DNA of 63,604 nt, filler included, from Octopus bimaculoides (lineage: Eukaryota), in NCBI RefSeq assembly GCF_001194135.2. It is 7 parts of 6 records of this genome, joined end to end, with 100 filler letters (N's around TTAATTAATTAA, not from the genome) between each part and the next. Parts side by side here need not be neighbours in the genome. Positions count along the whole stretch, not along the records: positions 1 to 16,364 come from NC_068981.1; positions 16,465 to 33,078 come from NC_068981.1; 5 more parts are not named here. One strand, written 5' to 3'. The position numbers and the translations under genes were made by a program. Positions 11,040 through 24,233 of the stretch are shown here, one piece after another (positions within the stretch are counted from its first letter, which is position 1; the number at the start of each line of letters is the position of its first letter). The notes below the pieces were generated by a model. It searched no databases and was not told the DNA's origin. It saw only the letters and a program-made list of their open reading frames with translations.

Positions 11040-12187
11040 TGGTTCTTTGCAGGGTTCAAGGCCTGCAATTTTTGAGGGGACAAGTCGACTACATCGACTC
11101 TAGTACTTGGTAGGAATTTTATTTTATCAACCCTGAAGGGATGAAAGGCATACTCGGCCTCGGTGGTATTTGAACTCATAACACTAAGAGCTCGAAAGAA
11201 TACCCCCTACACATTCTGCCAAAATACCTCGGCGGAATTTGAACTCAGAACGTAAAGTCAGACAAAATATCGCTAAGCATTTCGCCCGGCGTGCTAACGA
11301 TTCTCCCAGCTCACCACCATTACTTATAATATCGACATATACTAAATAGCTTATAGTCACATATTTACTTAACTATAAAAATACTTAGGTATGCCAAAAA
11401 AATTATTATTTTTAAATAGTTAAACACATAAATAAAGGCGATCAAACGAAAGGGAAAAGAAAAAGGAAGATTAAAGGAGAATATAAGAATATAGAAATAA
11501 AATGAAATAGATATCTGTGATGTAATAAAGATGGAATCATTTCGTCTGTCTTTACGTTCTGAGTTCAAATTCCGCCGAGGTCGACCTTGCCTTTCATCCT
11601 TTCGGGGTCGATAAATTAAGTACTGGCCCCCTCCCTAAAAATTTCGGGCCTTGTGCCTAGAGTAGAAAAGAATATAGATAGAATCAGCTAAAAAGCTTTT
11701 ACTTATTGTGAAGTCAAACTTGTACGTCTATCGCCGATTGTCTCTGGTTCATTCATCACTGACCCGAGGTAACTCGGTACGCTAATTGTGAACCGTGTTA
11801 CGCTTATCACGAATTGATCTGTGATAACATGGGTCGGTGATCAAACAAAGTTTCTGCTTGGGCCGCAAAAGTGAGCCCCAACGACCATCCACAATGCTCA
11901 AAACAACTTAGTGTCACGGAACAAAAACTATTTTTCCTATACCTTGTATTATTCGTTTGTCATTGATTCAATAAACAGTGAGTGTTTTGAGAATCAAAAA
12001 CATACGTGAAAAATGAGGATATATGTATTATGTAAGTTGTATTGAAGTGGCTGTGTAAATATCCTTTTCTACTCTTGGCACAAGGCCCGAAATTTGGGGG
12101 AGGGAGCTAGTCCATTAGATCGACTCCAGTATGCAACTGGTACTTAATCTATCGACCCCGAAAGGATGAAAGGCAAAGTCGACCTCG
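11040..12187. mobile_element. Cluster of second-family SINEs (about 11040-11320 minus, 11535-11675 plus, 12060-12187 minus)
   Basis: Recurring gagttcaaattccgccgaggtcgac motif on both strands. Confidence 0.8.
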
Positions 12188-12395
12188 TTGTTAAATGCTC
12201 GACCTGTTGTTAAATGCTCGAAACACGACACTAGAAAAAATAGCCAACAACTGATGAAGGGTCGTTCTTTATGTTGTTTGTTTTGTTTTCCATTTGTGTC
12301 TTTCGTTGTTCGAAAGAATAGTTTATGTTCCATGTACTCGTGCTTCGTACATTTTGTTGTACACGTTTCATGACGTCTTGTGCCCAAATATGCAC
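12188..12395 (+). mobile_element. Fragment related to the 44.3-45.8 kb repeat (possibly Penelope-like)
   Basis: Shares aatgctcgaaa...caactgatgaagggtcg(t/c)tctttatgtt...gacgtc(t/c)tgt(g/a)ccca(a/t)atatgca with the reverse complement of 44956-45125. Confidence 0.5.
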
Positions 12396-12397
12396 AA

Positions 12398-12433
<36 letters not shown>

Positions 12434-14257
12434 TATTTATATTATTATATGTATGTATACACAGACTTACACACAGGCAACCTCTGAGAAACTTTTGTCC
12501 ACTCAAAATTGAAGAATTAAGGTTCAAATAGCGTTGAAATCTTCAGTTAAGTTTTTAAAAAAACGATTAATGATAAAACGTGAAAAAAAAATTAACTTTT
12601 AGTGTATACAGCTTTCACGATTCAAAAGACTATTAATTAATATATCTCAGATTATATCGTGCTGACGATTTCTAAAAAGAAAGAAATAGTGCTAAGCTTG
12701 ATCACCACTGGCCAAAATTTTTTAAGTACTTCGTAATCAGTAAGGAAAAAAAAAAGATTAATGAAATATGTTTTTCTGTTTGTTTGTTTGTTTTTCAATC
12801 TGCAAAATTTCGAACAAAACTACCAAAATTACTTATACAGAAGAAAAAAAATATTTATAACCCTGAAACCTAGATATACTGACCAACAAACCTCACCGCA
12901 AACTAGTTGCAGTGCATCTGTGTCAGTGACCAGGTTACAGTTAGCAAGACGGAAATTTTGACTCTAAATGATAAATAATTAAGTGAAGTTAACAGTTTTT
13001 TGTATGTTCTTGAAAGGCTAATATGTTTCTTTCATGCTGTAATTGTTTTACTTTCAACTCACGGTCTCAGATCGAATCACCTGCTTAACAAGTACCTCTC
13101 CCAAATATCAAAAAGAATTTATCTGGCAATGGTTTCTTCATTCAGTATTCAGTCTTGCTAAGTCAACAAGTCGGGTTTGAGACATGATTAAACTTCAAAA
13201 CATTTCTCTTGATACTATTACACTGGGAATTCTCAAACAAACACAAACATTTGGAAATATCTCTGAAAGTTTGTAGTTGCTTAACAGATTTAGAAATTCT
13301 AAAATGCCCAATTCTGGTTTTCCATAATTTGCTTTATCTATTTCCTTTCTGTCACAAAATCTTCATCGTTAATATATTGGTGTACTAACATTTTCGCTTT
13401 TTTTATCATTTTCTAGCTTACTTCCAAGCATTGTGGGGTATTTCCACAAAACATAAGAATATTTTCATTCAACTACTGACTATCATTAAAACGTAATTAA
13501 TCTGAAATAAAATTGGCAATCAAAACATAAAACACAAATTTACTGAAGTAGGTCTCTTAACGAGTCATCTATCTGTTTGACATCGGGTGTTGAGCCATCG
13601 AGTACCCCTCTCTTCCTATTCACGTTTCCATACCATTAGGAGAGTTTGATTTTCATCTTAAAATCTGACGCCACCTCCTTGGCCTCCTTCCAGTTGTTTT
13701 CCCAGTTGTTTTGTAACTTCAACTAATCTACAAGGAGAGTTTTAATGTTAGATAACTCCATATCCAATATGGCATCTCTAGCTTCAATGACCTTACTACA
13801 AATATCTATCGGAGTCAACATGTTTATACCACACAACCGACATTATCACACAAACATTTTACGTATGATAATACTCTAATCACTTAATTCGTTGTATTGG
13901 CTGGTAATCTCCCAAAAATCTTGCAATACTAACTGAATTCTGGTTAGGGTAAATGCAAGAGGTTTGATATTTTTAAGCCTATCAGACCACCCGCTTTTTT
14001 TTTCACATGGCGTGTAAAGAATAATAGGTACTATTAAGTGATTCCCATCGTTCAGAACTGAAGCTACTATTACTAGAGAAATTCGTTTTACATAATTAAA
14101 ACACAGAATTCACTGTACACCAATATAATGGAGATTTCTAAAAATATATAATAAACCCCAAAGAAGACCCTTCCGTCTCTTTCAATTCAGATTGCAAATC
14201 AAAAATGACGCCGTAAATCTATGTGAAAGCATAAAAAAGAAAACTAAGCATAAGCGC

Positions 14258-14696
14258 AGACATGGTTGTGTGGTTAAGAAGCTTGCTTTGCAACCATGNN
14301 NNNNNNNNNNNNNNNNNNNNNNNNNNNNNNNNNNNNNNNNNNNNNNNNNNNNNNNNNNNNNNNNNNNNNNNNNNNNNNNNNNNNNNNNNNNNNNNNNNNN
14401 NNNNNNNNNNNNNNNNNNNNNNNNNNNNNNNNNNNNNNNNNNNNNNNNNNNNNNNNNNNNNNNNNNNNNNNNNNNNNNNNNNNNNNNNNNNNNNNNNNNN
14501 NNNNNNNNNNNNNNNNNNNNNNNNNNNNNNNNCTACACATTATTTATTTTCTCTCCTTGTTTCTTTCTGTGTTCCTTTCTGTAGAAAAGCGTAGGCTCGA
14601 AACGTTAAAGACTTTTTCACTTCCCGAGCGTTAAACTAATACATCTGTTTGTCGTCTACACCACCTGTCTTCGTCTTTTTTGTGAATTCTTCCCCT

Positions 14697-14762
<66 letters not shown>

Positions 14763-14962
14763 GTGTGTGTGTTTTCCACCTCTGCCTGATAACCGATATT
14801 GGTTTGTTTACGTCCTTGTAACATAGCAGTTCGGTAAAAGAAAATGATAGAATAAGTACCACTTAAAATGTCTAAATACTGGGGTCAATTTGCACGACTA
14901 AAACCCTTTAAAGTCGGTACCCCAGAATGGCCACAGTCCAGTGACTGAAATAAATAAAAGAT
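14258..14962 (+). mobile_element. CORE-type SINE head and tail, separated by a gap, unique sequence and (GATA)n
   Basis: gacatggttgtgtggttaagaagcttgc at 14259; tail gtccagtgactgaaataaataaaagata near 14940-14962. Confidence 0.65.
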
Positions 14963-15266
14963 ATGTTTAAACGTACCTCTTGTAATTACTGTAATTTACT
15001 CGCCTTAATGAGAAGACACGTGGTGGCCTGATGATTAAGGTCGTGATTTCAATTTCCAGGCTGGGAGTTGTGTTGTATCCTTGGTTAAGGGACTTTATTT
15101 CACGTCGCTCCAGTCCACTCAGCTGGTAGAAAATAAGTTTTGAGACTTGACTGAACGCAGCAGTGTTAACGAGTCATTGATATGGCCCCAAAACCTTCAG
15201 TTACGAAGAGGGACACGTTCAGAGGTAGAGTGCAATATTCGTATCTTCACACTTTTTTTTTATTAG

Positions 15267-15290
15267 CAGTCGATATAGGGAATATCAAAA
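15267..15290 (+). CDS. Candidate symmetric 24-nt microexon (AVDIGNIK)
   Basis: Long T tract with ttag|cag acceptor and aaa|gtaggt donor. Length is a multiple of 3 and it is stop-free in phase 1 between 4651 and 16226. Confidence 0.3.
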
Positions 15291-16225
15291 GTAGGTAGAC
15301 GACATATGGACGACGGCTTGGGTACACCTGATCTTTATTAAGAATGTTCAAGTAGTAGTGTAAACAGCAGAAGACTTGGAAGTCTTTAACAATCTTATTA
15401 TAACACGTCCATTAGCAGAAAATACGAATATCTTTGCATGCGATTTCTTAAAAAGAGAAAAAATGCGTTTAGAGAATGACCGAGAATAAATTTGTAAATT
15501 TGTCTTGACATTGTTTCATTTTTGCATTTGATCTGCAAGATGCTTGATGTGAACTCATGTGTTGAGACATATTTCCTGATATCGCGGAAGGGGCATTATG
15601 CGAATAATAACCGTGCACTGGTTCTATTTCAGTTCTTTAAGTATATTTGTCAATTGGTTAAGCATTTAACAATTAACTAATCGATTGTTTGATTAATCGT
15701 TCGAAAAATCAGTTAATCAGCCAATTTTTTTTTTTATTTCGTCAAAGACATGTCCTCTCTCCTCCAGATCTGCTTCAAGTTTGTCTCTCTATGCGTCCTA
15801 ATGCCTTGATTTCAGACAATGAATCGTAGCAAAGAGTTACGCTGACTTTTGTCGGTGATAAAGGGTTGAATTACCGATGATCGCTGCCATTTCCCCTCCT
15901 CTCTGCATAACTGTTTTTAGTTAGTATTTTTATGCCCTCTGCATTAAATATCTTAACATTAACTTAACACAATGCTATATCTATGGCCTATTACTGAGAT
16001 GTCATAGTTAGAATATTATTGTAATATTATTTACATATTTGACTTATATTTACGATAAGTATTTGAAAATAACTACACTTTGATCTTTACTAACAAAATG
16101 AAACAGAGATAGTCTATTGTTTTATTAGGGCCCAGGGTGACCTTGTAAATAACATTAAACAAAAAAAAAAGAATAAATGTTGAGTTGATTTTTTTCTGAA
16201 GAAAAATTCATGTTTATACTTTCAG

Positions 16226-16272
16226 GAGAAAACGATGCACAAACTGTTACAGAAATAGAAGAAAAGCTGAAA
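16226..16272 (+). CDS. Short coding exon (G)ENDAQTVTEIEEKLK, probable next exon of the collagen-like gene
   Basis: Acceptor tttatactttcag|ga, consensus donor aaa|gtaagt; phase-1 start matches the 4651 donor; same assembly block. Confidence 0.7.
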
Positions 16273-16299
16273 GTAAGTCTCTTTATATATATTGATTTC

Positions 16300-16364
<65 letters not shown>

Positions 16365-16464
16365 NNNNNNNNNNNNNNNNNNNNNNNNNNNNNNNNNNNN
16401 NNNNNNNNTTAATTAATTAANNNNNNNNNNNNNNNNNNNNNNNNNNNNNNNNNNNNNNNNNNNN
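16365..16464. other. Artificial 100-bp scaffold spacer (N44-TTAATTAATTAA-N44)
   Basis: Same construct at six sites; the 12-mer has stop codons in all six frames. Confidence 0.95.
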
Positions 16465-17129
16465 GAGAGAGAGAGAGAGAGAGAATGCGTGTGTGAGAGA
16501 GGGAGTGTGTGTGTGTGTGTGTGTGTGTTATAAAAATAAAGAGAAAGACAGAGAGAAAGAAATGAAGAGAGGAAATGAGAGAGAACGAGAGAGAACGAGA
16601 GAGATCACCAGTTGGTAAGAAATATAAGTGATTCGTATGAACAGAAAAGAGTGAAAGAATTGGCAATATCAGGTGTGCGAAAAGTGTGACTTGTAAATTG
16701 TATCATGGCAGCGCCGGTGCAGTTCAGTGACAAATATTGTTAAGATGATTATCACCTCTTCTGTTTTAGTTACAGCAACTGTAATGACTTGCAAGTGTTT
16801 AGATATCCCGAATCCCTCTGATCTATCTAGCGCACAATGTTATTTCTTTCACGTCTTACTGTAATCTCGTTGTTTTTCTTCATTTATTTAACATTAGTGT
16901 AGAAGAGCTGAATTCTTCATGCAAACTACTCAGCGCTGGAACGGTGAAGAGCAAGTACAGTGCGAGGTGTTTGTTTTTAAGTATAACAGAAGAGCTAAGC
17001 TGAATTGCCAACGAATTGAAGCTTACTATGCGTTTTCGATTCGCAGTGTCTACCGTTTTAAATTCACGTATGTTCTTATTCTTTATCTTTCGCTTGTTTC
17101 AATCATTGGACTGTCGCCACGCTGGGAAA

Positions 17130-17560
17130 CCGTTTTGAAGTGCTTAGGGATTTAGTCACACAAATCCAACCCAGTAACTTATTTTGATATTTGAGGCTGG
17201 CACTTATCCTATCGGCCTCATTTGCCCGACTGTTAAGTTACAAGGATGTAAACAAACCAGTACTGGTTGTTGAGCGCTTCAGGGGGAAATCATAAATATA
17301 GACACTCACATAAATATTCCAACCTACCTACCTACCTACCTACCTACCTACCTACCTATCTGCATGCATGCATACATACATACATACATACATACATACA
17401 TACATACACACATACGTCGGACATTACACAGTTTCTAGCTACCAAATTCACTCACATGCATTTGTCGGCCGAAAACTATCGTAGAAGATATTTGCCTGAA
17501 ATGCAGCGCTGTCAAATCGAAGCGGAAACCCCGTGATTGTAAAGCGAGTTTCTTAACCAT
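17130..17560 (-). mobile_element. Diverged CORE-type SINE with internal (CTAC)n/(CATA)n
   Basis: taccaaattcactcac, gaagatatttgcct and tttcttaacca head remnant. Confidence 0.7.
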
Positions 17561-18068
17561 TGCAGTTGTTGCTCAAAGTTTGCAGCACAGCGTCCTAGAA
17601 TAAAAAAAAAGGAAAGCATGGAGTTTTTGTTCTAGAAGAAATAAACCAATATCTATTACTTAATCATGACGAATATAGGGCCCATGACCCATTACGCGCC
17701 ATCCAAAACTGGTAACAAGAATTGTGGAAGTTATCTCCAAACCGGACACTATCGCAAATGCTTGCAACAGAGCGGACCCCACATTAGATAGCTGAGGACC
17801 GTATAGTAGGGCTAAAGTGACAGACGGATCTAACTATTCCACTACTTCACTGCCTCTAGACTATTACTTTATTCATCGACCTCAGTAGAATTGAAGGCAA
17901 AGCTCGGTGGGATTTGAGACCAGAACTTCAGCAATCGGAATAATACCGCAAATTATTTTGTCTGATGCTCTAATGACTCTGCCAATCTTCTGTCCATATG
18001 GAGTAAATGGAAAAAAAATAGTGTAGGAGGTCCCACTTTTCTCATGAAAAGTTTTGACCTGACTGCAG

Positions 18069-18290
18069 CAACTTCAGGTCTGAAGACCTGCAAGGTTTTG
18101 AATATCTTACAAAGAAACCTGGCACTTCGCGAAGTGGGTGAAAACGTTTCCAACAAGCAGCTGGACAGTCTGCTATCTGAGATCCAGACAAACTTGCTTT
18201 ACGAGAAGAAACGCAAGTACGGGCAGTTGCATCAAACTCTCTCATTCACAAATCGAATACAGAAAGTGGGCTCTAGAAAGGGTTTGCATG
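18069..18290 (+). CDS. Coding exon of unknown protein (ATSGLKTCKVLNILQRNLALREVGENVSNKQLDSLLSEIQTNLLYEKKRKYGQLHQTLSFTNRIQKVGSRKGLH)
   Basis: 222-nt stop-free phase 1-1 exon, open in only one frame; donor catg|gtaagg; acceptor ctgcag|ca. An in-frame ATG at 18044 is an alternative 5' end. Confidence 0.6.
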
Positions 18291-18624
18291 GTAAGGTTGT
18301 GACCCAGCATTACCAATTGCCTTTGGGATGTACCAAGTAAAAATTAAAAGTAAAACAACTGCATGCACGTATAATTCTTTTGTTTCCTTAACCATTTTTT
18401 CTCGTTTTCAGTGTTTTTCCTTTCCCCACGCTAATGTTTATTTTTCTTTATATTTGCAATTAGTATGCGTTAGTAATTTTCGTTTTCACGGGAGCTCTTT
18501 AAAAGATAATTTATTTTTGTTTATAATCATTTCTCAGATATTAATTGTGAAAATGTTTGTTTACTCAATTCTACGGTATTTCATAGTATTGTTTCCTTTA
18601 CCTATTTTCTGAAAACTCTTAATT

Positions 18625-18680
<56 letters not shown>

Positions 18681-21015
18681 AAACTACATACATACATACA
18701 TGCATGCATACATATATGTATACATACATACATACATACATACATGCATACATACATACATACATACGCATGTTTGCATGTATATGTATTAATAATTTCA
18801 ATCTGAAGAAAATCATAATAAAATCATTAGCTACTTAACTAACTATATATATTTTAATATTTTAATATAAGATTAGTGAAAGTAAATTAATAATATTATT
18901 CTCGCGGCTAACCGTCTAGTTTATAGAATACCACTTTCTAAGATTTAATTTTTCTAATTTGTACTTATCCCACAGTTACTCACGGTCAATTTAACAAACT
19001 TTTAAATATTTTCAAGGTACACTACACTATTCCATTTTGCACCACAGTTTCATTAATTTAAGCAAATTTCTATAATCCACAAATATACTTAAGCTTTTAC
19101 TGTCAAACACTTCAAAACTTTTCACCAGTTTAATTTTAACTATAAGCCTTCGAATTTTCTGCACTTTTGGAAATTCCTGAACAATTTAACCTTTGATATT
19201 AGTTACCACACTGCCTTAAACAACAAAATCCCCTCCTTTACAGTCAACGGAAAACGTGCATTTCCATTCAGTTAATTTAAATAAGGAATTTAACACCCTT
19301 TACAAAACTCCATGCCTTTCTCCTTCTTCTCCATCAACGTTTCTCCTCTAATTTTTCTTTCTTTCCCCTTTACATTTTTTTCTTTTTTAAAGGCAAACAG
19401 TAGTAGTAAACCAGCAAACGATGGGTACAGAGTTTGCGGCACACTAGTGGACCAGTATTTCTTAGATTAGTGTAAACAGGACTTAAGAAACAGATATATT
19501 AGAAAAATATTAATCTACTCAAGAAACACTTGGCTCTTAACTCCTGCTTGTGAAATAAAGAGACACAGCTACAATATCAAGCTATATTCTTGTTCCCTAA
19601 GCAGGATGTCGTGTGTGTGTTGCAAGAAGTCTTTACACTTGAGCTAGGTCGCACATATTTCATAGTTTCAAAATTTTCCTTCACGTAAATCTTCTAGGAC
19701 AAGCCATATCTCTTATAGAAAGTTGAAACCTAGAGTTTCTGTAAAAATCTCGTATGTCAAACAAGTGGATCGGATTCCAAGACTTAAATACGTATTATGA
19801 CGGTTTTTCCCCGCCTTAAAAGACGACAAAGTACTTATCAAAATTCTCTCAGCGTCACTTTACTTGCTAGAAATCGCAGCTAAATTCTATCAGGTCTTAA
19901 GCACTATCTTTAAAAGATGGGTAGCACAAGTTCGACAACGCAGGTATAGATAGATTGATTGAATGGCCATCGAGATGGCCATAGCTGGAATGATCTTGAT
20001 TATATACCTGCTCAATCCTTACCGACCAAGGACCAGTTAAGGTAACAATGAAAAGCACTTCACATAACTTACTCCAGTAAAATAAGAGGCAGCCTATTCT
20101 TAAGACTGAACGTGCAGTTGGTTTACAAATTCAACAGACACCTCTCCCTGCTCACAGCGATGTGACATTGTTTAAACACGAAGTAAAGGCGACATGGCCG
20201 TGTGTTTTTGGGCATTAAAAGCTGTTCATGAAACCTATTATTAACGACCTGGTTTTGTCCTAATCAATGGTGATTAGATGAGGAAAAGAACAGATATCTC
20301 ATTTGAGCTGATATTTTCGTATTACAGCAAAGAAATTTTGTGAAGAATCAATAAAAAAATTGGAGAGATTTTTCTTTTACCATCTGTTACTATTGATTAT
20401 CATCGATTATTATCAATTGTCATCTAAAACTTGTTATATTCAATCAATATAGGCCACTATTTAATTAATTTATTGTCTTCAATCCTAACAGATTTACTGA
20501 ATAAATTGAATGAGTGGGTGGGCGAAAGAGAAAATGAACGAGTGGAGGGAGAATTGAATGAATAACTGAGTAAATGAGGAATGTTACTCAATGATAGAAT
20601 GAGCGAATATGTGGGTGAAATAGAGAGTGACAGAAGTGGGGAAGGGTTGAATGAATAGGTGAATTAGTGAGTGATAGAAGTGGGGAATAAGTGAACGAGT
20701 GGGTGAAACAGTGAGTGATAGAAGGGAGAATGAGTGAATAAGTGGGTGAAGTAATGAGTGAAAGAAGGGGGGATGAGTGAATAAGCGGGTGAATTAGTGA
20801 CTGATAGAAGGTGGAGAATGAGTAAGTGAATTAAAGCTTCAGAGAGTGAATTTGTCTTCGAAAACGTAAATGATGGGAATGAATGATAAAATAAGCAAGT
20901 ACAGTGATTAAATGAATGATTTAAGTGAATGAATACTAAAATAATTTGACTGAAAAAGTAACAAAGAATAAAAAGACGGTTAGGAAACGGGATTAAACTT
21001 CCTTTATTCTTTAAG

Positions 21016-21064
21016 AGAATATTGTCGGATGTCATCCCGCAAATAGACTGTAGTCAAGGATCAG
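21016..21064 (+). CDS. Possible small exon (RILSDVIPQIDCSQGS)
   Basis: Good acceptor cttcctttattctttaag|ag and donor cag|gtgaag; phase 0 to 1. Not directly compatible with the 18290 donor. Confidence 0.2.
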
Positions 21065-22560
21065 GTGAAGATTACGAAACGGTTTCAATTCTACAGGGAA
21101 TCCGTTTCACTAAGTCACTGATATACTTGGAAAAACATGATCCGCGAAACTTTCAGTTTTCTGAACGGCGGATTAGGGTTACAAGTCAACAATGTAAAAC
21201 ACCGGAATAAACATGGTAAAATATAGCTTCCAACGCTCTATTGATACTACTTATCCATTGCTCCGGACTTATACGTTATTTTATCGACCTCGAAATGATG
21301 AAAGGCTAAGTTGATCTCGGCAGATTTTGAACTTCGTTCGGACAGATCCGGAACAAATACTGCAAGTTATTTTGTCCTAGGTTCTAACAATTCGGCCAAT
21401 TCACCACCTACTGTATTTATCAATTGCAGACTGATCTCTTATTAATCAAATTTAGAAGTTGTTGTTCTTCCTTTTTAGCCCCTATTAGGTGTAATCAAAA
21501 CAATCCAGTTCCAGCCCTGATCATCTCACATTTTTAGGGGCAGCGAGAACTGCATTGTCCAATGTATTTTTTCTATATTTAAGACGATTTAGTTAACCAG
21601 CAGGTTAAGGATCAACCTAGAGGCTCCCTCGATGGTTAAATAATTTAAAAGTAATTGAAGATCTGGACTAGAAAATCAGTGTAGTGTCGGATAAACTACC
21701 TTAGAGAATTTGAAATTAATTTACTAAATTTTACGTTCTCTTTTCTGTTCATTCCCAAGTGAGCTTTGCCATACATCCTTCTTGGTTCGATGAGATACAA
21801 TAATGATTATATACTGAGATAATCTGTCTACCACACACCTCCATAACACTCGTAATCTTCTCCCTATTTAAAATTCATTATTTCTATTATTATGTTGGGG
21901 AATACTAGAATTGGTAGAGCGCTAGACAAAGTGACTTTTTTTCTGTATTTCTTATTTGAGCTATTACTAACTCATTGCGCTCCTAGTCAAAATTAGTCGT
22001 ATATTTGAATAAAAATTATACGTTCTGATCATATTTTTTTTCTAAAGGGAATGAAAAATTGCATTTCATCATATTTATATTTTCTTAAGATCATTAATTC
22101 TGTACAGGTTGTAATGATCGAAACTACGTCGGGAATGTAACTTGTCCAGCTATTTCTATTTTTTAAGGCGACTTAGTGTCCAGTGCGCTAATGATTAATT
22201 TGGATATGAGCTCACGCTCGAGAATTTACTCTATTTTATCAACCCCAGTACATAAGTGGTATTTTAACAAATTTTATAGCTCTTAAAATTTCTCAACTTT
22301 TGACCTAGGTGGGATTTGAACTCGGAACACAAGGTAGTTTTTTTTTCTGACGCTCTAACGATTATGCCAATCCACAGACGTTATCAGTGCACTGATAACG
22401 CTGATACTTCTTATGAAAGTATGTATGCGTGTCTGTGTGCGTATATATGTTTTATATGAGTGTATGCATGCTTGTGCATGCGTGTATACATGTGTGTGTA
22501 TAAGTATGTCTGCATGATAAGGTTAGTAGAAGTATTTAAATTAAAATATTGCATGATTGC

Positions 22561-22788
22561 CTAATCTTTTAGCATTCATATTATTCTGTCAAATGAAATA
22601 CTTATTTATTCACATTGTTTTGAATTAATCATGCGTTATCGCGTAATTTCGGGATTTCGATGATGTAATTGATTATTTTTAAAGTGATATTGTAGTGTAG
22701 GTGAAAGAGGCTTGATCTGGCTGGTTTGAACATAAAACAGATAGAATATTTGGGCCAGATACTATCGATTTAAATGATAAAAGGTTAA
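22561..22788 (+). mobile_element. piggyBac-like MITE (diverged copy)
   Basis: Degenerate taatcttttagcatt...aatgataaaaggttaa; interior aligns with 37471-37698 and 41348-41575. Confidence 0.75.
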
Positions 22789-22961
22789 AATTCGAAATTA
22801 AAGCTTTTCACCAGTATAGATGGAAATTCCACTCGACTGATATATAAAACAAGCAAATCTTATTCAAATCACCTCTTACAGTATTTTTTAAAGAACACAT
22901 TAAATAACGTTTACCAATTCGTTTTGCAAGATTCCTGATGTGAAATCGTGTGTTGAAACAG

Positions 22962-23312
22962 ATATTGCTGTATTTCGGGATGGTCACTTTATTTATTTAT
23001 TTTTTTGCCAAATAAACACACGCACTATATACATATATATTTTTTCTTCACTCGTTTATTACTGGTCTAATTTATTTTATGTCCATTTTCTGGAAATCTT
23101 TCGTCACACATCTGTGACCTCTTCAGCGGTACTTTTCGCTTCCGTGCAAGAACTTCCCGTTTTCGATCAAGAACACACACGGAAACGAAAAGTGTCGCTG
23201 AAGAGGTCACAGACGTGTGACGAAAGATTTCTAGACAATGGACATAAAACAGATTAGACCAGTAATAAACGAGTGAAGAAAAAATATATATATTGAGTGT
23301 GTGTTTATTTGG

Positions 23313-23343
<31 letters not shown>

Positions 23344-23370
23344 AATGACCATCCCGAAATACAACAACAT
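22962..23370. repeat. Long near-perfect palindrome (arms about 180-190 bp, 31-nt loop); probable foldback element
   Basis: Left arm about 22962-23146 is the reverse complement of about 23178-23370, e.g. tcgtcacacatctgtgacctcttcagcg vs cgctgaagaggtcacagacgtgtgacga. Confidence 0.9.
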
Positions 23371-23883
23371 TTAATAACGTAGAACGGGAATGCAGCATCT
23401 AATGCTCTAAAAACATGGGATGGTCACGGCTGGAAAATCTTTAGTTAATCATATGACTGCTCAGTTAAGAACGGCTTGAAACTAAACAGCAACAACAACA
23501 ATCAAAACCTTAAGAACTCCAACAAAGAGGACAACGATGGTGACGATAACAAAACGAGCAACTAACGAAATAAACCCGCCATAAATGAAAGTATTATTAT
23601 TTAGAGTGGATCGTACGTATCAGGTCATGTTTTAGATATGTGATATTCCTGAATATTGTTTATCAGAACTATTAATACTGCCTTATATTTGGTAGATTGT
23701 CTGGACCACGATACAACCATATCGGTTTCCTTAATTATAAATCAGGGATCTGTCCAATAACAAAATCCTGATACTGTCTTTGTTCCTAACTTTAAACTTC
23801 TCTCTTGTTTATTTCCGTCGGAAAGAAAAGTGAATAGAATTTAACACATTCACCATCCTGCGAACCTTCATCCGCTGCTTTTG

Positions 23884-23944
<61 letters not shown>

Positions 23945-24202
23945 GTTATTATTATTATTATTATTATTATTGTTATTATTATTACTATTATTATNNNNNN
24001 NNNNACACACACTGGAATACACACACTAACACACACAAATCACATGTGAGAAAAACATTCATACAAACGTTTAATTTTCATGCATGCATACGCACACACA
24101 CATATACATACGTACATACATACATACAAACATACATACATATACATGCATACATACATGTGTGTGTTATGTATATCTGTGTATACATATAATTACACAC
24201 AC

Positions 24203-24233
<31 letters not shown>

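Noticed and set aside
11795-11830. Inverted GATA-like pairs (ttatcac...gtgataa here; tagataa...ttatcta near 61187-61218) as enhancers
   Set aside because: Short motifs expected by chance in AT-rich DNA; not supportable without conservation or chromatin data.
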